This document shows positions 28,547 to 43,016 of a DNA stretch of 64,000 nucleotides, piece by piece. The notes beneath the pieces were generated by a model. The model searched no databases. It had not been told where the DNA came from and saw only the letters and a list, made by a program, of their open reading frames with translations. The stretch lies in NCBI RefSeq assembly GCF_009914755.1, contig NC_060937.1; one strand, given 5' to 3'. Each line of letters opens with the position of its first letter. The first letter of the stretch is position 1. The DNA is from the human T2T-CHM13v2.0 reference genome, Homo sapiens. Both the position numbers and the translations under genes were made by a program.

Positions 28547-30769
28547 AGCATGGTGAGTTCTGGAAGCAGCCAGGAGTTCAGAATAGCTGGATAAGGCTGC
28601 ATAAAGGGGGCTTGGGGTCCCAGGCTCCACAGGTGCTCTAGCACCATTGGAAATCCAAGGTGATGGGGAAAACTATACTTAGGAGAAAGCCCTTCTGAAA
28701 AAGAGACTCCACACAGCTGCTACCTGAGGTGAGCAGCAGGCCTCCCAGACGGACGTGCTTGAGGAGCACCGGATGGGCCAGTGCCCTCCCATCCTGCTTC
28801 CTCTGCAAGGATGGATAACACTGGAGTCAGAGAGCAACACTCCTCACAAGAGCCCCCTGCTCCACCTTCACCCATACAGCCCTCAGTCTCTCCTCTGAAG
28901 TAAGCAAATATTGGAATAGTGTTCATTTGAGGGGGTACCAATGATTAGCTCACCTGGGGTGCCTACATGTGCCAAAGCCACCCCTGGACTATAGCCTGCA
29001 GGGAGAGATGAGGCCGGAGTGGCAGGTAGGGCCACAGTAAGAAGGGCCCTCAGGAAGGCCACAAACAGGAGGAGGGGTGGAGAGACACACAGGAAGGTCC
29101 CACGCCATCCTCCAGTGGAAGAAAGAAGCCCTCCATCAGCTTGTCACAGACATGCTCTTCTGTCCCTAACTCAGGACATTACAACTAGTAGATGGTGAAA
29201 ATCAAGATAGAATCCCACTCTCATTCAGTAGTATATGTTCTTCTCCAGACTGCTCCTGAGTGTCTGTAGGGACAATGATCTAGAAGCTGTTTGGAAGCAT
29301 GCTTTTTAAAAGGTACTACAGATTCAGTAATACAGCTTAAAAGCTTTTATTTAGCACTACAAGCTTGTGCAAACATCAGAACCTGTGATTATCCAGTCCA
29401 GTCTTCTCATTTTACACATTGGGAAACCCAACCCTAGGGACTGCCCTGGGGTCCCAGGAGGAACCTCCTGAGCCCTGGCCCAGGATCTTGTCTCAGCCCG
29501 TACTAAAACGATGCCTACATTTTAATTTTGCACTTTCATTGACAATGTGCATACACATGTAATCTAAATACTAGAGGAAAAAGGAAAACTTACCTAAACT
29601 TAGATTTAGAAATAAGCTCAAACCTGAGTGTTAAACTACAGCAGTTAATGCTTTGGAGAATATTTGGAAGAATGCATAAGAAACACCAAACTCCCAGACA
29701 TCTAAATATATTTTTCATGCTCCAGTGTGGTGTTATCCTAAGAACAGACTAACACCAACAATTAGACATTTGTGAATGCAGTTTTTTATATTATAAACAC
29801 TAACACGATGTTGAATTTCCTTTTTATACAGCAGTTATACAGATTTGACAAATCTGACAAAATCTGATTTTGTCAAATCAATAGCACCTGAAATAGGTAA
29901 GAGGAACATGATAATGGAAATGGAAATAATAATAAAGACAGGAATAATAATACCAATTAAGGAAAACCTACACAACTCCTCGCCTGCCGTCGTCAGCTGT
30001 GCTCGCTGGGGATGCTGCTGAGAATGTCAATGAGGAGAGGAAGACAAGACGGGAATTTAGGAGACTTCCTCCATGTCCTGTGCCCGGGGAGTCACATGAG
30101 GAGAGAGCTAGGTGGAACGGGAGCAGCTCCCTTGCAAGTGCAGTGCTTCATGTGTCTTCTCCCTACCCTGATACCGGCCATGGGCCAACACCAGGCCAGG
30201 AAGGGTAAAAGGGGAACACAGCGAGAACCAGGTAGAGCGCCTGCAGTGGGCCCAGCATGTGTCTCTCACACACATACTGTAGTCTCGACTTCTAATTCTG
30301 CCTATTTTTTCACATGTGGAAAGAAATAAAATCAAAAAAGAAAAAGATGTGCTATTACAGTTGTATAAATAATTCTATCTCAAATCTAGACTGTAGACTC
30401 TTCCAGGCATTTTTCTTCCTTTTTTAGCATTATGACCTAAAATTGTTAATTCTTCCTAGGTCAGTAAAAACAATTTTGGAACTCTGAAATGAAGAGGGCA
30501 AGTAATTAAGCTAAAAGGCTCTAAAAGCCAGATTTAGTCAGATTTCAAAACAATGTACTTTAAGCTACTTATTTTAAGATATTGGGGATAGGGAATGGAA
30601 TATTCATAACACATAGTTCACAAAACAGTTTCTGCAGACTCCACTGCCAGGCAGGCAGTATAGAGACCAGTAAAGGGCAGGTGTTGGGAGTTAGAGTTTA
30701 AATCCTAGTCCCAAAAATGTGAACTACTGCCAGAGGTGGTGACAGGTATATGGGAGTTCATTACATCAG

Positions 30770-30945
30770 TACAATGGTTCTCTAAGTTTGGTCCTGGGCT
30801 AGCATCAGCATCACCTGAAACATGTTAGAAATACACATTCACCCCAGGCCCACGGAGTGAGAAGCTCTGAGGTTGGGGCCTCACAGTCTGTGTTAACAAG
30901 CCCTTCAGACGATTCTGGTGCCCATTCATGTTTGATAACCACTCT
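30770..30945. mobile_element. MER5A-type hAT element
   Basis: caatggttctctaag...agcatcagcatcacctg...ttaacaagccct...tttgataaccact. Confidence 0.8.
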
Positions 30946-30989
30946 ACTAGTCCATCTACTTTCGTGTATGTTTGAGAATTTCATATTAA

Positions 30990-31420
30990 AACGTATTCTC
31001 AAAAAATCCTGGCTTCACTGCCTATTGGCTATGTCACCTTTGGACAAGTTGCTTATTTAACCTTTTAATCTCCATACTTTAATCTAAAGATGGGAAAAGT
31101 AACAATTTCTGTTATCATTATCACCAGGTTATTGCCAGGGTTCTACATACAGTGCCTGGACAGTGCACGAATGCACCAAATGGTGGTGGTGGGGACCACA
31201 CATAGTTATGTGTAGTTCACATTCAATAGAATTTTAGCCCCTACAACATACACACCTTGCTGGATTACACGCATATTGTCTCATTAAACCTCCCCACAAC
31301 TATATGGTTGCATCATCACCATTTCACTGATGAGGAAACTGACACTTAGAGAATTAGATGGTTTACTGAAGGTCACACAGATGGGGTGATCCTTGGGTCT
31401 CCTGGCCCCAAGACCAGGAC
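30990..31420. mobile_element. MIR fragments (both orientations)
   Basis: ggacaagttgctta...; gatgaggaaactga...aaggtcacacag. Confidence 0.65.
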
Positions 31421-31964
31421 CTTCCCCATCACACATGAACAGTACGCATGATGGTATTTCAGATTTCTAGAACCAGAAGTGCCTCTCCAATGCCTCTGTT
31501 CCTCTTTATATGAGAAATGCTGAACATTGCTCCACACGAGGATGCTTCAGGCTCCACGTCGCCAGGGAGGAGGGAATTCTCCCCACTCTGAGATCTGCCA
31601 GGCACTGAACTACCCAGGCTTTACAATCTCACTACAGCAGAGATAAAAAGCAGAGTCCCTTCCAGGAAAATAATCATTTTCCACTTCAAAAATATTAAAA
31701 ATCCTACTCCAAAATACTAAATCTTTCCAAAGAACCAGGTTTAAATGTCTTGACACATATTAATGCCATTAAGTAGTATGTAATTTATAATACCATCAAA
31801 TATTTCAAGGCATGACCTTTGTAAGGAAAACTCACATTTAAATCATGCATTTTTTTCCTACAGAAAAAAAAAAATCACAAATATTTTTCCTCATCCAGTG
31901 ACTCGCCCCCAAAATGACAGCTTTTTAGTTTGAGGCTTTTAAGCTAAAGAATGTGTAAGTATAA

Positions 31965-32580
31965 ACCTGCACTGATCGGTGTGGTAGCTACTAGCCACAG
32001 GTGACTACTGAGCACTTAAAATGTGACGATTCTAAATTCAGATGTGCTGTAGGCATAAAACAGACACCAAATGTCAATGACATCTTACGAATGAAATATA
32101 AAATACCTTTTTTTTAAATAAGAATTTAAAATTGAAATGGTAATATTTTGGAAATACTGGGTTAAAATTATATTACTAAAATTAGTTACACCTTTTTCTT
32201 TTTACTTTAACTTGGCTACTAGAAAATTTTAAATTTGACCAGGCGTGGTGGCTCATGCATGTAATCCCAGCACTTTGGGAAGCTGAGGCAGGGGTATCAC
32301 TTGAGGCCAAGAGTTCGAGACCAGACTGGCCAACATGGTTCACCCCGTCTCTACTAAAAATACAAAAACCAGCCAGATGTGGTGGTGCACACCTGTAATC
32401 TCAGCTACTTAGGAGGCTGAGGCACGAGAATTGCTTGCACCCTGGAGGCGGGGGTTGCAGTGAGCCGAGATCACTCCACTGCACTGCAGCCTGGGTGACA
32501 GAGCAAGACTCTGTCTCAAAAAATAACAGAGCAGAAATTATATGTATGGCTCATGTTATATTTCTATTAGATAGCACTAT
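31965..32580. mobile_element. MER33-type hAT element interrupted by an Alu
   Basis: gtagctactagccacaggtgactactgagcactt...gatgtgctgta...atatttctattagatagcact. Confidence 0.75.
32237..32525 (+). mobile_element. AluS-type
   Basis: Full dimer. Confidence 0.92.
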
Positions 32581-33888
32581 TATAGACTGTAAGAAATTTT
32601 AATATACAGGTAATTTTTTAAACTTCATGGCAAAACAAAGGACAGTCCACTTCCTGAAATTTTTACTTGGGCAGACAATAGTTTGGAAAAGCATACCACA
32701 TCAGAGATAAAAGTTAGGTCTAGTCTTGGTTCTATAAAGCAGCAGACCACATTCTCCAGTGTCTCCAATAGGCCCCTCCTTTCTGAACTCTTTCTCCCTG
32801 GAAGAGCCATCTTCTCTGCCTGTATCTTGTGGATCTCCACCCTTTCCAGATATAATCAATTTACTGAGAAGCTGTTGTGACAATGTCACATGGTGATTTT
32901 TCCAAGTGTACTATGACCATCAAATATGATGTTAGGGTTTCAGGTACGGCTGCCAGGAAGAAGAGGTACTGATAACAGAAAGGGGTGCTGGCTAAGAGAG
33001 GAACAGGAAGGGGTTTGACTCTGGGAACCTATGTCTGCACTTCTGTACACAAAAGTACTCTGATAAAATGTTCACCAACATTTTAATAGAGATCAAAATC
33101 ACAGATGCACAGGAGAGTAAAGGGGCACAATAGCCACGTCCCATGTAAGTCCACCAAGTTCCTCTACTTGCATCCCTTTCTACTTTTTGGCAATTCAAGA
33201 CATTTGGATATTGGTGGCTAAACCTTTGCAGGTGGAAGGGAGGCAAATGAAAACGTGAATGATTTTCAGATCTAGTCTTTCCTGCAGGCCCTTTCGCAAC
33301 CTTTTTTTGCCTATACGTTCCCCAAAGAGTCACCAGGACCATGCTGAGAAGCGGGAGAAAGAAAAAAAAAAAAGAGCTTTGACATTATATCAGACATCGA
33401 ATACAAAGAAAACAAAACCACTCGGGTGGTTCTTGTTGGGCAGAAGCCCCGTTAGTGAGGGAGACTGGAGTATAAACCTTCACTACAATAAAGCGGGATG
33501 CCTGACAACAAGCTGGAACAACGACGCCATGATGGGCTACAGGAGCACACAGTCTACTGGGAAATGTGGGGAGAGGGTTTGCAAGGGTTTCCCAAAGAAG
33601 CTGGCATGTGAACTGGGGCTTGAAGCATAAAATGATGATTTTATCCTTTTAACCAGGGCAGTGCATGCCAGGCAAAGGCAGAGCTGTGCCCAGGTGTGAA
33701 AGCACCCCAGGTGGAAGGAAGACTGGAAAGCTGGGGTCAGGGCACATTTTGGAGGCTGCAGGAGATGAGGTCAGCAGGCAAATTCAGGGTCAGCCTTTGT
33801 GAATCAAGGAAGCTATGCTTTGCGTTCTCTGCAAAGGAAGAGTCAGAGAAGACTTTTAAGCAGATAATTAACAACTATATCTGTTGGC

Positions 33889-34201
33889 TGTGTTGTTTTG
33901 TGTTTTGCTTTTGAGACAGAGTTTCACTCTGTTGCCCAGGCTGGAGTGCAGTAGCTCCACCATAGCTCACTGTAACCTTGAATTCCTGGGCTCAAGCAAT
34001 CTTCCCGCCTCATCTTCCCAAATAGCTAGGACTACAGGTCTGCCCCACCAAGCTGGGTTAATTTTTTTATTTTTTATTTGTGTAAAGACAGGGTCTTGCT
34101 ATGTTGCCCAGGCTGGTCTCAAACTCCTGGCCTTAAGCAATTCTCTCACCTCAGCCTCACAAAGTACCGGGATGACAGGCCTGAGCTACCACGCCCCACC
34201 C
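33889..34201 (-). mobile_element. AluJ-type within L2 relic (33380-33880)
   Basis: catagctcactgtaaccttgaattcctgggctcaagc. Confidence 0.88.
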
Positions 34202-35289
34202 GTCTCTGTTTTAGAAAGAGTGGTCTGATAGCACAATGCAGCACGGCTCAGTGTAAGAAAAGACAGAACGTGGTAGTGGAACAGGCAGTCCAGAGAACCT
34301 TCAGAGATGGGGGATCTGGAGGGCAGCCACTGCTACTACCTCTGTCTGATATGCAATGCAGTCCTGGCTTAGAAGTGCCAAGTGAGCCTCCTGTGAGTGA
34401 GTGCTGGCTCTCTGCATCGCTTGCTGCTGCCTTTCCCTTGGCAGTGACAACTCTCCATATTAAGGAAATCCCAAAGCAGAATACGAGACTGGCTCCTCCC
34501 CGGGAACCTGGCAGAGCCCTTGAGACCCACTGGTAAGTGGCACTTACATTTGTCAGGAAAGGGAACGCTGAAAATTTCCAAAGCCTCAAAATGTCATTCT
34601 AAAAGAGACTTAGCACTAGTATATCACATTACAGGGTATTTCAAACTTCTGGAAAGTTGGGGGAAAACTATAATTTCCAATCCTTCTTGGTTCTAAAAGT
34701 ATCCTCACAGTCATATGCTATCTGTAGGCTGGAGCTAGGCTGTCTTGTTATCTCCTGCCTAGAATGCCCTGCTAACTCCAAATTTTTGATTCATTTCCAG
34801 GTGGCCAACCCATTCCCTTGGTCTTACTTCTTACACTGGGTGGAATTCCAAGATCCCATTCTGTAGCTCCAACAACTCAAAACCCAAACAATTTTGAATA
34901 AACAAAGCTTAAAACCTGAAACTAAAACTCCACAATCCTAAACCTGACTCCATCCCAGGTTATTCTGAGATCAAAGATGCTAACACTGGAGCTTGAGTCC
35001 CAGACCTTAGAGATTATGTACGACAGGCTCCTCATTTTACAGGTAAGAAAACTGAAGCCCAGGAGGGTGGTGATCTGCAGAGATTGAGAGGCAGATGCAG
35101 GATCAAAATTAGGTCCCTGGTCTCTTGGCCCACCCGTGCCACCAGCCAGCTGGACATTGTTCTGCAGCCTCGTGTTTAGCTGCTACCTTTCCAAGAGTAG
35201 AGCACACCTGCACAAATGGCAGCCTCTGTAAACACTATGGGGACCACAGTGCCCATTTTACTAATTAGGGAATAAACATTTCAGGATTA

Positions 35290-35528
<239 letters not shown>

Positions 35529-35834
35529 TCACCAGTCTATGCTCCTATGTAACTTTCTGGGAAGATGATAAAATGTAACACCCAAGATAAGAGTGACTCC
35601 TGACGGCAGCTCTATTTCATTCATATTTCTTAGTTCTTCACATGACCACCATTGTCTTCATGCTATTCAACCACTGTTGGTTATCACTTATAAACTGGCC
35701 TTTCTCTAACAATTTTCAAGTTTTTAAGAGCAGTGTGTTTTTCCTTTCTTGTTTATTGTTACAGTCTCAATGCTAAGCTCAAGTGAATACGTTCATTTTT
35801 GTTCATGAATCGTGCATATGTGTCCAGGTATGGA

Positions 35835-36050
35835 TTTTAGAAAACCTGACCCAAAGTCTACAATCCTGGCTCTGCCACTTACTGAATGTGTAACTTTGAG
35901 CAAGAGGAAACTGTGCTCAGTTTCCTCGTCTGAAAAAGAATAGAGCCTGCCTCCTAGAGTTGTGAGGATTAATTGAAATAACATTTAGCAGGCATAAAAC
36001 AGTTCCTGGCACAGAGCAGGGAACCATATAAGTAGTGGCTATTTTTATTA
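35835..36050 (+). mobile_element. MIR
   Basis: aatcctggctctgccacttactg...ctcagtttcctcgtctg...gttgtgaggattaa. Confidence 0.85.
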
Positions 36051-37369
36051 TTACATGACTATTGGCATTACCTTGCTATAAAAAAACAGTCACCAGCCAT
36101 TCTCCCTCCATGCTGATGGCAGATCATGAGAAAATAAATGCCGGAGCTGGGTGGATTTTAGTTTTTAGTTTTCTATACAAGTGATTTTAGTTTTCTATAC
36201 ACTGCTACCCAGGAGGTAGCAGTGACTTGGCATGGCAATGAGGTAGGGAACAAACTGCTGAAGCCCCATGTCTGAGATCATTTTCCAGGCCTGGCATGGT
36301 AATTAGATTCACTCGGACCCTATCTAAGCATGCACTCCCCAAAGATTCCTTCCACCGACCGCTCCACAAAATAGGTGTGCAGCAGCAGGAGCCTCATGTA
36401 ACACTGATCACATGAACAGTTAGGGGTTCGGCCTGCGCCTTCTGCAAAGCCTGGCTATGCCTATGTTAGCTGCTAAAAAATCTGAAGCACGTCCTTCCTG
36501 GAGCTGCTGATGGTTTAAGTGTTGTCTGCCTAAGTGTCTAGAAAGGACAGGGCGGCATTAACACTCACTGTGCCTGATAAAGATCACATGAAAGCATTCC
36601 AGAGGAATGAACCCCTTCCTTCCTCATGCCTTGCTGCCTGGGGAGAGGGAGGGTTTTGATCTTATTTGCCTCAATGCACTGTCCAATAAGATTGGCAAGT
36701 CTCCATTCTTGTAAATGTGGGTTGACTGAATTAATGAATAAACAAATGAAACACAAAGAGCATTGTAGTGAAGGTGTATGGCTTTGAATAAATAAAATTT
36801 CCTGTTCTTGTCACTAGGAATAGGTCACTATATAAAGCTTTTGGGAACATCTTTCTTTCACCATCCAATATTTTAAAAACAAGGAAACTACTTATTAAAT
36901 ATTATTGATGTAATATCATTATCTTTTTCTAAAGTTGTCTCTAAGGGTGCAGGAAAACCTATAGGGCAGAAAGGCTATTGTCTAAGCATAATTTAATTAA
37001 CTCAATCACAGTCACCTAAAGTCTAATTGAAAATTAACAACATGATCATTGCCCATAAGCTTATACCTCACTTAGTCTGCTATTTCTAGAGCAAACAGAA
37101 CTTCAGGGATAGGAAAGATTTTCTAGTCTCATTCCTCCTCTGTCTGAGAGACAGAAGAGTTCCCAGATAAGGTACTGGTGTGTCCAACCAGAAGCCAAGT
37201 CCTACTACTACTTTCTACATCAAGTACTCGCGCTGCCTTCTCACAGAGTTATTTAGCTAGAGTAATCACGTGGTCATTCAAACATTAAAATAAGAACTAA
37301 AATTCTGCTTTTAACACTTGAGGATCCCAGGAAAATATGAGCCACCCAAAAGGTGTCTCTGAAAAGAAA

Positions 37370-37662
37370 CTTTTATTTTCTTTGAGACAAGGTCTTACTC
37401 TGTCACCCAGCCTGGAGTCCAGTGGCGTGATCTCTGCTCACTGCAGCCTCAACTCTCCCAGGCTCAAGCAATCCTCCCACCTCAGCCTCTCGAGAAGCTG
37501 GGACTATAGGTGCATGCCACCTCGTCTGGCTAATTTTTGTATTTTTTGTAGAGACGGAGTTTCGCCATGTTGCCCAAACTGGTTTTGAACTCCTGAGATC
37601 AAGCAATGCCCACCTTGGCCTCCTAAACTGCTGGGATTACAGACTTGAGCCACAGTGCCCGC
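37370..37662 (-). mobile_element. AluJ-type
   Basis: Full dimer; ggctcaagcaatcctcccacc. Confidence 0.9.
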
Positions 37663-38196
37663 TGATCCTTTTCAAAAAATACCTTATGAGTACACCTAAT
37701 AGGAAAATTCAGCTCTTCTCAATCTTCACATCCTTCAACCTTAAAAATTCCCAAAATAAGACCTGTGCTGCAGTCCCTACCAGCCTCACAAAAGGAACCC
37801 AATGAAAGGGCTGCATAAATGGCATATAACCCAGCCTTTTTTGGCACTTTGAAGCCACACCTTTTTCCTCTAAACTGTTGAGCAGTAACAATTAGAATAA
37901 ATTGTTTCCAGGAATTACGTTAGAGTTTTGAAGGGGGGTGGCGGGTAGGGGGTAAAAATAGGTATTCAAATGTGAGCAGGGAAACTAACATGCAGACATC
38001 AAGAATATCCTGCCTGTTCCCCTGGTAGTGATTTCTAGCCCCCAAAGCCATTTCTCAGTGGGGTTGGCAGTAAGCCTGGATAGAAATGGGGAAGTTTCAC
38101 CATGTGCTTCCTCCCTCACTTACTGTCACAATGCAGGGGACAAGACCCACCCATGTAGGTGCCTGTAAGTTGAACCTTGCAGCCTCTGAAACTTTA

Positions 38197-38631
<435 letters not shown>

Positions 38632-38871
38632 TCAAAGCGGCCCTGGCAGAGGAGAAAAAACATTACCACCAATCATAAGGGCAGGAGGGAACTTATGATA
38701 GAAAGTTTCTAGAACAAATACTGGCTTGCCTACATGCTTTAAGATCTACTTACAGGTACATTTATGGTAGCCTCATTACTAATGCAAACAATTAGAAACA
38801 AATTAAATAACGATCCAATTATAGTACAGACCTAAAATGAGATAATACGCAGCCATTAAAATAATGGCATA

Positions 38872-39146
38872 GGCCAGGTGCAGTGGCTCACGCCTGTAAT
38901 CACACTTTGGGAAGCCGAGGCGGGCGGATCACCTGAGGTCAGGAGTTCAAGACTGGCCTGACCAACATGATGAAACCCTGTCCCTACTAAAAATACAAAA
39001 ATTAGCTGGGCATGGTGGCGGGCACCTATAATCTTAGCTACTCGGGAGGCTTGAACCCAGGAGACGGAGGTTGCAGTGGGCCGAGATCGTACCACTGCAC
39101 TGCAACCTGGATGACAGAGTAAGACTTTGTCTCAAAAAAAAAAAAA
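38872..39146 (+). mobile_element. AluS-type with small internal deletion, inside an old L1 relic (~38760-39420)
   Basis: gggaggc|ttgaaccc deletion; flanking ggcata duplication. Confidence 0.88.
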
Positions 39147-39238
39147 GGCATAAATCCACATATGGTGACAAAAGATGTTACTGACGTGTTCTGGGAGAAA
39201 ATCAATCCAGAAATCTACCATAATAGTATATTCTCTAA

Positions 39239-39287
<49 letters not shown>
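39239..39287. repeat. (CA)n microsatellite
   Basis: Directly visible. Confidence 0.97.
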
Positions 39288-39288
<1 letters not shown>

Positions 39289-41559
39289 GTTATACTGTTC
39301 TAGGCACAGGAGAAAGTCTGGAAGTATATACACTGAATTATTAATAATGGTCACCACTGGAGAGTAAAAACAAGGACACTGTCTTTCCTACTGCTACACT
39401 ATTTGCATTTCTTGTTTTTCCTACTTCTATACTACACGCATTAATTAATTTTATCCGTTTTAATTTATGTAATATTTTTCCCCAAGGACTGTTTCTGTAC
39501 ATAACTAAAAACAGCAAAACTTTATTTCAAAATGCTACCTCCTGAATAAAGCATGTTACCTACATTTAAACGTCTCTAGGTATAATGCATTCAAATGATA
39601 GACAGTCTTGGGGATTCTTACCAAGCCCGTGGGCCACTGACATTCAAACACTGAATAGTACTGCCACAAACAGGTTGCACAATGGTGTCTGCCTCCTTCT
39701 GAAAAATCATCTTGAGAAACAAGTTGCCTTTCCAGCAGTCTGTTGAACTCTTGTTTGCCAGTGGGCAGCAACAGCCACAGGTAAGAGATCTGCCCTCGGC
39801 AAAGGCCCTGCTGAAATATCCTTGCTTCCCTGATCTGACATTAGCTCTTCTTATCTTGTTTACCCTGCTGGAAGAAGAGAAACACTGCCCGATAAGAAAA
39901 AACTTCTGGTATCACTGTTGGCTTCCTCACTCCCTCACCCCTCTCTGCAGGTGTGCAGAGCTGAGATCACACTGCCACAAGCTGCTGGGCCCTGACAAGT
40001 GTTCCCACCAAATGCAGCTGTAGCCAGCACAGCTTTATCCATTGCAGTGGAAAAAGACCCCCAGAGGAACTGCCTGGAGTGAGATTTACCTAAACAAATA
40101 GCTAGGACATAAATGGCAAATTTCTTGAGCACTAGAAAGAGAAGTAAGTTTAAGAAGTCACTTGTGTGCTTAAAAAAAAAAATTGCATAGCATCTTTCTA
40201 CAGTGTATTCAGTCCTGTAGACAAATATTTCTACACAGCTGGAGAATCACTGACAGAAGATTTTTAAGAATATTCACAAGGGAACCTAAACCACACAACT
40301 TCCTCCAAGAAATCCTAAGTTACATCAGCTGCTTTAAGCAGTGAAATCCATACAGCCTGTGAGCAACCCAACAGAGAAGTGGGCTATTATATTGGCAGCA
40401 AGGAATCCAGAACAATGAATTACATTTCTAAACAATGTAGCAGAGGGTGAAGAAAAGAAACCTAAATCTCTAAGATGAAAATCTGCAGTGAAAAAGACCA
40501 TGATATTTTACTAACTTTTCAGTTCAGGGTTAGCAATATAGTTTTGAAGGCAATAAAATATAGGGCAGTCTCACGAGTCACAAAGAAAGCAACTCAGTTC
40601 AAATCAAATCTGTTATAGGAAAGTTTAAGTTCAGATTCTTAGACATTAATTGAAAATTAAGTAAATTAGTAAGCAAACACTTCATGGTAACATCAACTGA
40701 ACCTCCACGTTAAAGAAAAAAAAAATCACTAAATAAAATCACTACATATCAGTTTAACAATCTCTTTAGCAGATAATTTGAAAGGCTCAATTGTCCCCGC
40801 TCTGCAGGGCATGTTGGTGGTTTTGTGCAGCTTGCTTAAAAAATTATGTGCCTTTATTGTACTGAAGAAATTCCGAGAGAAGCACAACCTACTCACTGAT
40901 GATAACAACACAACCATTTTTCACATTCCTCCCCTCCAAAGTCCACCAAAGCACTTGGCTTTAGACAAATGCTGAGAGTTTAGCTGATGTTAAGAACAGA
41001 AACGTTTCTATCAGCTGGTTCACAGTTTAGGTTCTTCCCTACTTTATTCAAGGCAAACCTCCTGGTAAAATGAGTGAGAAGAACATATGTGATTTTATCC
41101 TTTCTAAACTATGTAATATTTCCAACAGTTATGTTCCTTAAAACCCCCAATGGGACCTGCCTCATTTTCTCAATAGCATAAATAACGTAGAAAAGGTTTT
41201 AATTTTGCAAAGCACATCTTTTTTCAACCCTATAGTTGCAATTAAAATATGCTTCCTGGGTTTACATTTGCAAACACTGCAGCTAGGTGGGACATAATTG
41301 TGAACAATACATAATTGTCCCATACAAAGAAACCTCCCAGAAACCATATTCACCCACAAAATGTCAACATTTCTTTCTTCACAAAGAAGAATCAAAGGGG
41401 AATCGAAGTCATATTACAGGGAAAGAGTGGAGTTCACAAGGGACAAGCAGAGCAAGTTTTGAAATCAAAGACAGGCAACAGGCGTCAACCCCGTCCACAC
41501 GCACAATAAGAACCCAGCATTGGGTAGACACAGCAACACTTTGTACGAGACCCTCTTAC

Positions 41560-41685
41560 CGGCACAGGGCCCGGGCTCTCTGCTTCCACTTCGCCCTGAG
41601 CTGCATCCTTGTATTGCAGGGGGGACTCAATCACCAGTTCCTTTTTGACACTTCTACTACTTGTCCTGCATTTATCAGCCTGCAT
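41560..41685 (-). CDS. DOCK9: DOCK9 alternative first coding exon, 42 aa MQADKCRTSSRSVKKELVIESPLQYKDAAQGEVEAESPGPVP
   Basis: ATG at 41685-41683; 126 nt; ends CCG|gtaagag (phase-0 donor); embedded in ORF 41485..41958; matches the recalled DOCK9 isoform N-terminus and joins in frame to AKPKLIEP. Confidence 0.95.
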
Positions 41686-42100
41686 TCTCGGCTGAAAACG
41701 CAAGTCAGAAAGTCTGCAACTGGAACAGCTGCGAGTCCCTGGCCGTGCAAGGCACAGGCATGCCAGTGGTCCAAGGAAGGAAAGGAAACTGGCTTCCCAG
41801 GCACAAGTGGTCAGCCCCGCTGGCTGGGTCTGCAGAGCCTGTGGGGTGGGAAGGCATGACAGCAAAGGCCAGCCTCCAGGGGTGTTACTACTCCATGCAA
41901 AAGGGGAGGCTCCTACTTGCTGGCCAAAGGAAAACAAACTCCAAGCTGAACAATACACAGTGTACTGCCTCTCTGATAAAGACCGGCTTTATTGTGTCTG
42001 TTCCACACAGCGTGGGCCAAATCAATCGGAATCAAAATACTGCAGTGTTTAAAAGAAAACCAGTCACAGTTAGACTCCTTCATAATTACCTTAAATCTGA
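41686..42100 (-). promoter_or_regulatory. DOCK9: 5'UTR and putative non-CpG-island internal promoter of the MQADK isoform
   Basis: Repeat-free sequence directly upstream of the ATG; clustered GGAA (ETS-like) cores at ~41773-41790. The TSS is not determinable from sequence. Confidence 0.55.
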
Positions 42101-42902
42101 AGCTCGTGGAGCTTAAGAGACAGCAAGGTTGTCTGCTTGTTCTAAAATTCTTCCAGTTTTGGAATGCTTTCATTTGTGTTATGGTTAAAAACCAAATGCC
42201 TGGCTGATGATTAAAGCAGGGAAGAGCTACCAGCAAGTATGTTCCCATAGCCTGCACCTCGTGGATACAGGTGGAGGAAATGAGTTTCACCCCGCATGAC
42301 AGACCACAGCATGAAACACTTAATTTATGTACTATTTGATGCCAGAAAGATGAGGTCATCAAAACATTTTCATGGGATACCACATATCATAGTAAATGCA
42401 TTTATTAAACAGAATATTACTTTAAGTCCAGATGTGTGGGTATCAGAAGGTACCCCCAGTACTAGGTGCTGAGAGGATCATACTAAAAGTATAAGGTAGA
42501 GTATCTCTCCCTTCAAAGAACTTCACATCTAGCTGGGAAGGCAAGAAGAGCAGACATCATAAATGACAAATTAATAAAATTAAGAGAGAGATGCACAAAA
42601 GCACGGGAAAATAGCTGGATCACCAACCTACGGTTCAATGGTGGTTTAGTAGCACCCAAAATATGTGTTCCTAAAAGTCTGTATTTTTATTATTTCCTCA
42701 CATTTAACAGTGGAGTCTTTTTTACCTCTTGGGAAAAATTAAAACAGAGGTATTAAGGGATTTGTCTAAAAGTTATGTAGAAATGAACATTAAAGGGGGG
42801 ATCAAATATTACTCTGTACTTCATGGATACCGCAGAGCTTTTCCTAGTTACTCTGAGTATTTCCTGGACATCAGGGAAGATTTAGTAACAGTAGACAACA
42901 AG

Positions 42903-42956
42903 CAGCAGCAGCAGCAGCAGCCGTAGCAGTAGCAGTAACAGCAGTAGCAGCAGCAA

Positions 42957-43016
<60 letters not shown>

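Noticed and set aside
41287-41859. 190-aa plus-strand ORF, the longest in the window, antisense to the DOCK9 exon
   Set aside because: Non-ATG start, no recognisable domain, and stop depletion is expected opposite a GC-richer coding exon.
41686-41958. N-terminal extension of the ORF containing MQADK
   Set aside because: Begins at a non-ATG codon and has no resemblance to DOCK proteins; treated as UTR/promoter.
42729-42926. ORF ending in poly-Gln, superficially like ATXN8
   Set aside because: Only six Gln, no evidence of a plus-strand transcript; a by-product of the repeat.
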